Below, piece after piece: positions 17,750 through 24,291 of a DNA stretch of 24,291 nt. The stretch lies in assembly GCA_016839515.1 (NCBI GenBank), contig JAEOUE010000184.1:1-24291 (forward strand), in the 5' to 3' direction. Position numbers and translations under genes: made by a program. Source of the stretch: Candidatus Hodarchaeum mangrovi (GTDB lineage: Archaea > Asgardarchaeota > Heimdallarchaeia > Hodarchaeales > Hodarchaeaceae). The notes beneath the pieces were generated by a model. The model was not told the origin of the DNA, did not search any database, and was given only the letters and a program-made list of their open reading frames with translations. Position 1 is the first letter of the stretch. Each line of letters starts with the position of its first letter.

Positions 17750-18910
17750 ATGAGATCTGTCAGATGCCCTCAATGTAATGAAATTATTCCTCCTGTGAAT
17801 TTTTGTCTTTATTGTGGTTACAAATTAGATCATGACATAATTGAACCTGAAACGAAAGGAGGAAGATTGTACCAATCCTTTTGGTTAGCCATTTTCACTA
17901 TTTTCTTATTGTCTTTAAGAGATATAATTCAAATTTTTGTTATGATAGTATTTGTGTTTTTGGGATCTTCTCTAATAGATCTTAATAATGAAATTCCTCC
18001 ATGGTTCATCCTGATAATCAATATAACTTCTTCTTCATTAGTGATATTAAGTTTAGAGGTTTGGTACAAAAAAAAACTCTTAAAAAGTCTTTTCTCTACA
18101 TCTAAATCACTAAATATTTATTCTCTATTCGTAATATTAGTAATTTCAATCACATCAATAGAAATTATGGTTTTTTTTACTGACCTCTTCCTAAATATTT
18201 TTGATTTAGAACCTATTACTAGTACCCCTTATGATGTTTATTTTAAGGACACATTCAGTCTTATAGCTTTTATATGTTTGATTCTATTGATTGGTCCACT
18301 CCTTGAAGAGATAATCTACCGTTTCTTCATTGTTACGATATTACAGAAAGTATCTGATTCATGGTTTACTAGTTCAATAATAAGTGCATTTATTTTTTCA
18401 TTATCACATACCTTAGTTGATTTGATAGAATCTTCATTACGTTATACATTTTTACATCTTTTAACGACTTTTCTTCTTGGGATCGTGTTAAGTTTGATTT
18501 TTATAAAATGGGGATTGATACCTGCTGTATTATTCCACTCTTTATGGAATGGATATTCTCTTTTTAGCCAATTATTAATTATAAATAATTTAGTGACCAT
18601 ACTTGATTTGATTTTAATTGTATTTTTCCTGTTTACAATTTTAACTGCTATAATTATGCTTTTTCGCTATTTTAGTATATTAAATGTTAAAAAAATAAAA
18701 TTTTCAACAAGCATTCATCAATTGATGTTAATAATCTTAAACTTATTTATGATTATCATATTTCTATTACCTATCCCTCTTTTCCTATATTCCACTTTCG
18801 AAACTCAACAATTAGCTCTAGCTCTAATAATGTATCCCCTCTTTGGTGTTACTATAGGCTTGGTTTTATTAAATAAGGATAAAGTAATTCTCTCTCATCT
18901 ATTCAGCTAA
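17750..18910 (+). CDS. CPBP (Rce1/Abi-like, type II CAAX) intramembrane metalloprotease with N-terminal Zn ribbon
   Basis: CPQC...FCLYCG; motifs PLLEEIIYR, FSLSH and HSLWN; multiple TMs. Confidence 0.88.
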   Translation: MRSVRCPQCNEIIPPVNFCLYCGYKLDHDIIEPETKGGRLYQSFWLAIFTIFLLSLRDIIQIFVMIVFVFLGSSLIDLNNEIPPWFILIINITSSSLVILSLEVWYKKKLLKSLFSTSKSLNIYSLFVILVISITSIEIMVFFTDLFLNIFDLEPITSTPYDVYFKDTFSLIAFICLILLIGPLLEEIIYRFFIVTILQKVSDSWFTSSIISAFIFSLSHTLVDLIESSLRYTFLHLLTTFLLGIVLSLIFIKWGLIPAVLFHSLWNGYSLFSQLLIINNLVTILDLILIVFFLFTILTAIIMLFRYFSILNVKKIKFSTSIHQLMLIILNLFMIIIFLLPIPLFLYSTFETQQLALALIMYPLFGVTIGLVLLNKDKVILSHLFS

Positions 18911-19032
18911 AAAGTTTGGAAATCAAGGATAAAAAAGAAAGTATGACAGAAAAACAAAGTATTATTAGTAAAATAAGTTTTTATAAAGATTTAGAAAACT
19001 ATAGGATAATATTTGTATAAAAATAAGAAAAA

Positions 19033-20046
19033 TTAAGAAGAGATATTGAAGTGAGTACGTGGATCTTCAATGAATACAGGAACTGCAGCAGCTCCTCTTT
19101 TGACTTCAATGTCGTCCATTCTTAATATTCTCACAATTTCTTTGAATCTATTCCTAATAGTTACTGGTGTTGTTTTTGCTGCACGAGCTATTTGCTGTTG
19201 TGTTCTTCGTTCCCCAGTTTTTACCCCAGCTATATATAAACAAGCTGCTGCAATAGACATGGGATTTTTACCAACTGTAATTCCATTATCACGAGTTTTT
19301 TTTGTAATTTTAACAGCTTCCATTCGTGTTGGCATCGATAACCGTAATTCTTCACCTAATCGATGAATTAATGCCTCATGACGTCCAGAATCAGGTTTTG
19401 TCTGTAAATGTTGAATAATCGTTCTCACACATCGTCCTAATTCTTTAGATGAGACATTAGCATTCGTTGCTACGTCTTTAAGTGTAAGTGGGATCCTAGT
19501 TTTACGACAGGCTAGATAAAGGCTAGCTGCTATCATCCCATCAATTGAACGTCCCCGAATTAAGTTCATCTTTAAACATCGTCGATAATATGAGCTTGCC
19601 ATTTGGGCAGTACGATCTGGAAGCTCCATTTGGCTTCTTAATCTTTTTAATTCACGTAAAGCTATTCTTAAATTACGAATTTCGCTCTCATGTGTATGAT
19701 TATCAACACTGCTTAATCGATTGTACACCAATCTTTTTGTTGAGGAGAGCTTTCGACCCTTTCCATCGGTTCTTGACTTACCAATTTGGGTTTTTATTCC
19801 ATAATCAGGCTGAAGTAACGATAATGGGGATCCTCCTCTAGATCTGTCCTGTTCTTCTTGAAAATCATAAGCCCTCCATTCAGGACCTTGGTCAAAAACC
19901 AATTCATTAACTACAATACCACAACAGGCACAAATCCATTGCCCAGATCGTGAATCAGAGACAATATTATCTGCTGCTCCACATTCAGGGCATTTTCTTT
20001 CACGAAAGAATTCCTTCATTTCCATGCTGATCGTGCTACTTCCCAA
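19033..20046 (-). CDS. tfb: Transcription initiation factor IIB (TFB)
   Basis: Zn ribbon CPECG...CACCG; B-reader DQGPEWRAY; cyclin repeats RGRSIDGMIAASLYLACR and GKNPMSIAAACLY; HTH RRTQQQIA...VTIRNRFKE. Start may be TTG 20046 or a downstream ATG. Confidence 0.95.
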   Translation of the reverse strand: MGSSTISMEMKEFFRERKCPECGAADNIVSDSRSGQWICACCGIVVNELVFDQGPEWRAYDFQEEQDRSRGGSPLSLLQPDYGIKTQIGKSRTDGKGRKLSSTKRLVYNRLSSVDNHTHESEIRNLRIALRELKRLRSQMELPDRTAQMASSYYRRCLKMNLIRGRSIDGMIAASLYLACRKTRIPLTLKDVATNANVSSKELGRCVRTIIQHLQTKPDSGRHEALIHRLGEELRLSMPTRMEAVKITKKTRDNGITVGKNPMSIAAACLYIAGVKTGERRTQQQIARAAKTTPVTIRNRFKEIVRILRMDDIEVKRGAAAVPVFIEDPRTHFNISS

Positions 20047-20191
20047 TCTTCACTATTAATGTTTAACTAGACAAATTATTCGTAGATTTTGAAATTGAAA
20101 TATTAGAATTTGCTATTCCAGTATAGAGAAGCCTTTTTTTTCCTGTCACATAAACCCTCGGTATACAATTTCGAACAAGGAAATATAAAAA

Positions 20192-20205
20192 GAACCTTAA
20201 GGTTC
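20192..20205. promoter_or_regulatory. Perfect 14-bp palindrome GAACCTTAAGGTTC between lipA and tfb
   Basis: On the minus strand it is followed directly by tttttatat (TATA-like or U-tract), so it could be a tfb operator or a lipA terminator. Confidence 0.4.
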
Positions 20206-20324
20206 AGTTTTCAAAAGACTAGAGAGATTGTTCGATTAAAGGATTTATTCTCTAGAAAATAGAAAAAAGAACCCAGATTATTGCTAGAAGGATTTTTGGC
20301 AACTTTCTCAAGTTTTGTGTTAGA

Positions 20325-21203
20325 TTAGGATATTCTATCAATTTCATTTAAGAATAATTCTCCCGCTCGGTAAGAACTTCTCACAAGAGGACCAGAAGCT
20401 ACATATCTAAATCCTTTAGAAAGAGCTAATCTCTTAAATTGGTCAAATTGCTCTGGATAAATATATTCTACTACTTTTAAATTTATCTTAGATGGTTGGA
20501 GGTATTGACCTATTGTTAAAATGTCAACACCAACAAAACGAAGATCATCAAAAGCTTTTAACACTTCAGCTGTTGTTTCACCAAGGCCCAGCATAATTGA
20601 TGATTTTGTTATTACTCTTGAGTTAATTTTTTTAATATTCTCCAAGACGGATAAGGATTGTTGATAACTAGCTCTTTTATCTCTGACATTTGGAGTCAAT
20701 CTTTCAACAGTTTCGATGTTATGACCAATTACATCTGGTTTTGCGGATAAAATAGTTCTTAGAGAGGATATCTTTCCTTGGAAGTCGGGTATTAGAATTT
20801 CAACTTTAACAGTAGGATTTTCTTTACGTATGTGATTAATACACCTGCTTAAATGATCAGCTCCTCCATCATCAAGATCATCTCTGTCTACAGAAGTCAA
20901 AACTACATAATTTAATTTCATTTTTTTTACTGATTGAGCTAAAATTGCAGGTTCATTATGATCTAATATCTTATGTGGATTTCCAGTTTTTACATCACAA
21001 AATTTACATCCACGAGTGCATGTATCTCCCATTAAGAGAAAAGTTGCTGTCCCTGATTCCCAACATTCTGCGTGATTCGGACAAAAAGCTTCTTCACATA
21101 CAGTATGATGTCCACCTGAGCGTATTATTCCTTTTAATTCATGAAATGTATTTTGAGAAGGAAGCTTAGCCCTAATCCATTCAGGTTTTTTCTTATATGT
21201 CAC
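20325..21203 (-). CDS. lipA: Lipoyl synthase
   Basis: KPEWIRAKLP; CEEAFCPNHAEC (CX4CX5C); CTRGCKFC (radical SAM); TSVDRDDL; GQYLQP; GPLVRSSY. Start placed at GTG 21203 after SD aggtg. Confidence 0.95.
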   Translation of the reverse strand: MTYKKKPEWIRAKLPSQNTFHELKGIIRSGGHHTVCEEAFCPNHAECWESGTATFLLMGDTCTRGCKFCDVKTGNPHKILDHNEPAILAQSVKKMKLNYVVLTSVDRDDLDDGGADHLSRCINHIRKENPTVKVEILIPDFQGKISSLRTILSAKPDVIGHNIETVERLTPNVRDKRASYQQSLSVLENIKKINSRVITKSSIMLGLGETTAEVLKAFDDLRFVGVDILTIGQYLQPSKINLKVVEYIYPEQFDQFKRLALSKGFRYVASGPLVRSSYRAGELFLNEIDRIS

Positions 21204-21379
21204 TCCTATACACCTTATGCATTTTCTCCCAATTAATTTTCCTTCTACCTTTAATATTTTTATTTTGTTTTTGGAAAAATAGATTCTTTTCATAGAAGGA
21301 GGCAATTTAAATAAGTTAAAATTTGTCTTCTATAAATATATTCTCCAATGTTTGACGATATATTCAGGTGTATTATTAT

Positions 21380-23818
21380 ATGGTTGAAGGTATCTTTGCA
21401 AATAACATCATAAATGATTTGTTTTCTAATCTTTCACCGCAAGTGATTTCTGGGATCATTTGTATGGCTTTAACGCTTATTTTTGGACTTGAACTTAGAA
21501 AATTTATCAAATATCATTCATATCCAGATGTTATGGAATTATCTGGAATCGGAGCTGTATCAACAGGACTTTTTGCAGTTACAGGAGATCTTTTACTTGC
21601 AGGCCTTGCTGGAATTCTAGCCTTAATGATTATAGGTTCCTTTGAAGTACGTGAAAATCCTATTTGGTTTCGTATGATGATTACTTTTACTATTAGTTAT
21701 GGGTTTTTCTTTTTAATGGTGATGATAGGATTTATTTCTTCAAAAGTTATTCCTTCATTAGGATCTTTTATTACTTCAATTTTATCTGGATTTTTGGGTT
21801 CTGATATTGATATTCAGCAGTTCTTTGTTGGATTAGGATATAATTTAATTATTTGGATCATGGTTTTTACAGCGTTTGCTGTATTTGGTCGTAAATTTAT
21901 CATTGTTACTCGATTCATCAGTCCGCAGATGACATATCTTGTATTATATTTCATTGCCTTATTTATAATATTGCAACTTAATCTTCCAAAAATTGACCTC
22001 AATTTACCTCTTGGAAATTTTGAACTCGATCTCTGGAAATATATTGCAATATTTTTGGCAAATATCTTTCTTTACTTGATTTCAGGTTACTTGTTAACAT
22101 TTTTATTTGGTATTAAACCACTACAGGACAAACGTGTCGAAAATATAATTGAAGAAGTTCAAGTAAAAATCAATACACCGATCAAAAGAGTTGGGATTGT
22201 TAAAGCACCTATTTTAAATGCTTTTGCATTTGGTCCTTGGTTTGACCAGAGAATTGCTTACATTGCATCAGATCTAGGTGTTTTTACAGATTCAGAAATA
22301 AGAGGAATAACTGCACACGAACTTGCTCATGTACAGCGAAAACATACTTTACTATTGTTGGGTTTAACAGCAGTTGAGTTGATTTTTAAAGCATTGATTG
22401 ATTTTCCTTCGAGTCCATGGGAATATGTTCTTCAAATTAATAGTGAAGCATGGGATTTTCTCACCTTTTGGATATTTAACATCATTCTTTTTGCTATTCT
22501 TCTTACATTCGTAAAAATGTTAGAAGGGCAAGCAGATAAAATTACACGAGAAAAAGGATTTGGAATAGATCTAGCAGAGTCTCTTTACCGTTTAGAAGGA
22601 TTTTATTATGGGATAGCTGGAGAAATTGGATTTAATACTCAATTAATGACAGGGAAGGAAAGAACCAAAGATGAGAATATTCGTTTTATGGGAGATCAAG
22701 CGTTCTATTTATACCGAAATTTAGCCCCAAGTCGAATGACTTGTCTTATGAACCTCATTGCTTCCCATCCACTTACATCTATACGGATAGCTCTTCAAAT
22801 AGACCCAAAAATTAGTGCTTTCAAAGCAGGAATTATGATTTGGATGCTTATGATACCAGGATTGAGAAAGCGGACTATTAAAAATCTCCAAAAAAATGCT
22901 ACTAAAATGGCTAACTTACTTTCTGATAAATTTAGCAGAGACTTTGGAGATATCAGTACTTATAGCGATATAGTATTTGAAGAAGCAGAATTTAAAAGCT
23001 ATTTGAACAGATTTATTCTCGCAAAACCCTGGCGACTTGAACAACCAACTTACTGGGGAAAGGTCATTGATATAAGACGGAACCAAAATATTATCTCTCC
23101 TTTTGACTTGAAAGTTGAAATAGAAAACGGAAACCATGTGTATATCTCAAAAGGGGATTTTACGATAGTTTTAGCAGATCCTAATGAAAAATATTTTGAT
23201 AAATCAGGTAAAATTTTCACTTTGAAGTTTGTTGACATAAAGAAAAATAAATTTCATAGATTTCAATTTGATCATAATGGAAAGACACTATTAAAAAAAT
23301 CTATAGGTTTAAGAATTAAGGATTTAGAAATAAGAGATTATTGGCTTGTCTACAAAAACGGATATATTCATCCTTGGACATTTGAAGAATTTCAAGTAGG
23401 TGAGGATTTTCATTCATCTATATTTTTATTTTCAACTTCAAATGGTGAAAGAATTCAATATTCTGGCCGTGATTTAGTCATTTCACTTCCACCTCTGTTC
23501 CAAATGATTAAATCAAAAAATTGGGAGAAGGAAAAAGATTTCTTTCAAAGACTTAAAGCTCTTAAAGAACCTATTCTTCTTTACGATAAAGAGGATATCG
23601 ATATTGGAGCCCCTTGTAAAGTAATAGAAATTTCAGATATGAATATAAAATTTTTAGAAGGAAGAATGGAAAAAGAAAGACTATCAAATCAGATTGATGC
23701 TATTATTCTCGATTACCCTTTCCATATGATTAATATTAAGAAGGAGATGGGATTAGGAAACATTCTTTCCTTAAAAATATTTGATAGGGGGATAAAAAAT
23801 AATTATATTGGTTTATAA
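21380..23818 (+). CDS. Large M48 (HtpX/Ste24-like) membrane zinc metallopeptidase with extra N-terminal TMs and a long soluble C-terminal region
   Basis: NAFAFG; HELAH; EGQAD third ligand; ASHPLTSIRI. Start placed at ATG 21380 after SD aggtg. Confidence 0.88.
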   Translation: MVEGIFANNIINDLFSNLSPQVISGIICMALTLIFGLELRKFIKYHSYPDVMELSGIGAVSTGLFAVTGDLLLAGLAGILALMIIGSFEVRENPIWFRMMITFTISYGFFFLMVMIGFISSKVIPSLGSFITSILSGFLGSDIDIQQFFVGLGYNLIIWIMVFTAFAVFGRKFIIVTRFISPQMTYLVLYFIALFIILQLNLPKIDLNLPLGNFELDLWKYIAIFLANIFLYLISGYLLTFLFGIKPLQDKRVENIIEEVQVKINTPIKRVGIVKAPILNAFAFGPWFDQRIAYIASDLGVFTDSEIRGITAHELAHVQRKHTLLLLGLTAVELIFKALIDFPSSPWEYVLQINSEAWDFLTFWIFNIILFAILLTFVKMLEGQADKITREKGFGIDLAESLYRLEGFYYGIAGEIGFNTQLMTGKERTKDENIRFMGDQAFYLYRNLAPSRMTCLMNLIASHPLTSIRIALQIDPKISAFKAGIMIWMLMIPGLRKRTIKNLQKNATKMANLLSDKFSRDFGDISTYSDIVFEEAEFKSYLNRFILAKPWRLEQPTYWGKVIDIRRNQNIISPFDLKVEIENGNHVYISKGDFTIVLADPNEKYFDKSGKIFTLKFVDIKKNKFHRFQFDHNGKTLLKKSIGLRIKDLEIRDYWLVYKNGYIHPWTFEEFQVGEDFHSSIFLFSTSNGERIQYSGRDLVISLPPLFQMIKSKNWEKEKDFFQRLKALKEPILLYDKEDIDIGAPCKVIEISDMNIKFLEGRMEKERLSNQIDAIILDYPFHMINIKKEMGLGNILSLKIFDRGIKNNYIGL

Positions 23819-23847
23819 TTCCAATATAATCACTTGTTATATTTTTA

Positions 23848-24291
23848 TTAACCTTGTTTTGAAATTACCTCAGAACGGATGCTTTTAGCTCTATCTTTCC
23901 TTTCCTCTAAAGATTCAGCTAAATTTACTAAAGATTTTTCTGTGAGGGAGATTTCGTTATCTTTTTCCTCTAATTTGGATTTCAACTCCCCCATCTTCGT
24001 TTCAAGTTGTATTAACTTCTCATTAACTCTTCGAAATTCGCTGGATGTCTCATCTTGGTCTTTTAGATTAGCCAACTGCTTCCATTCTTCTTTAAGTACG
24101 TTCATTTTTCCTTTTTCAATATTTAAAAGTTCTTGTTTCATATTAGTTAGATGTTTTTGTTTTAATTTTAAACTCTCTTCTCCGACCTTTATTAATTCTT
24201 GAAATAAAGATATTATTTCAGGATTTGTCTCACTCTCTTCAAGATATCTTTTTACAGGTTCTTCTTCATACGCAATAGCAGCATTTACTAG
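23848..24291 (-). CDS. C-terminal part of a coiled-coil protein, truncated by the window end
   Basis: The frame of the 97-aa ORF stays open to base 24291 (LVNAAIAYEEEPVKRYLEESETNPEIISLFQELIKVGEESLKLKLKQKHLTN-MKQE...). Long E/K/L heptad tract. Confidence 0.7.
   Translation of the reverse strand, partial: LVNAAIAYEEEPVKRYLEESETNPEIISLFQELIKVGEESLKLKQKHLTNMKQELLNIEKGKMNVLKEEWKQLANLKDQDETSSEFRRVNEKLIQLETKMGELKSKLEEKDNEISLTEKSLVNLAESLEERKDRAKSIRSEVISKQG

Noticed and set aside
21204-21305. N-terminal extension of LipA given in the ORF track (likewise 13118-13195 for DUF99)
   Set aside because: The extensions are AT-rich promoter-like sequence. SD-preceded downstream starts match the expected protein N-termini better.
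899-24202. Other short ORF-track entries overlapping real genes on the opposite strand (e.g. 899-1129, 2239-2448, 5338-5619, 6553-6750, 17080-17346, 19070-19366, 23879-24202)
   Set aside because: Shadow ORFs. The poly-Gly in 6553-6750 is simply the antisense of the poly-Pro tract.

Overview
This is an AT-rich archaeal chromosomal segment. Evidence for an archaeal origin: an archaeosine TGT with a PUA domain, TFB, an archaeal-type prenyl synthase, DUF99 and a CdrS-like RHH protein. The gene mix, with many lineage-specific and proline-rich/coiled-coil ORFs, suggests an Asgard archaeon (Heimdallarchaeia-like), but that is inference. Recognisable genes are tgtA, a GNAT acetyltransferase, class II ribonucleotide reductase (nrdJ), a CdrS-like RHH regulator, a DUF99/EndoV-like nuclease, a processive GT2, an RHH-fused NTP-transferase-like protein, a polyprenyl synthase, a CPBP protease, TFB, lipA and a large M48 peptidase. 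No rRNA, tRNA, CRISPR array, transposase or integrase was seen. The top candidate for new biology is a 138-aa protein (3563-3979) that combines a Hop2/Mnd1-like winged helix, a leucine zipper and a Swi5-like C-terminal module, and may be a minimal archaeal relative of eukaryotic recombinase activators. Other notable points are an apparently catalytically dead NTP-transferase fused to an RHH domain, a polyproline/zinc-finger/coiled-coil protein, repeated motifs between nrdJ and the CdrS-like gene, and a 1.2-kb cassette bounded by 16-bp direct repeats. All family assignments rest on motif recognition by eye; no searches were run.
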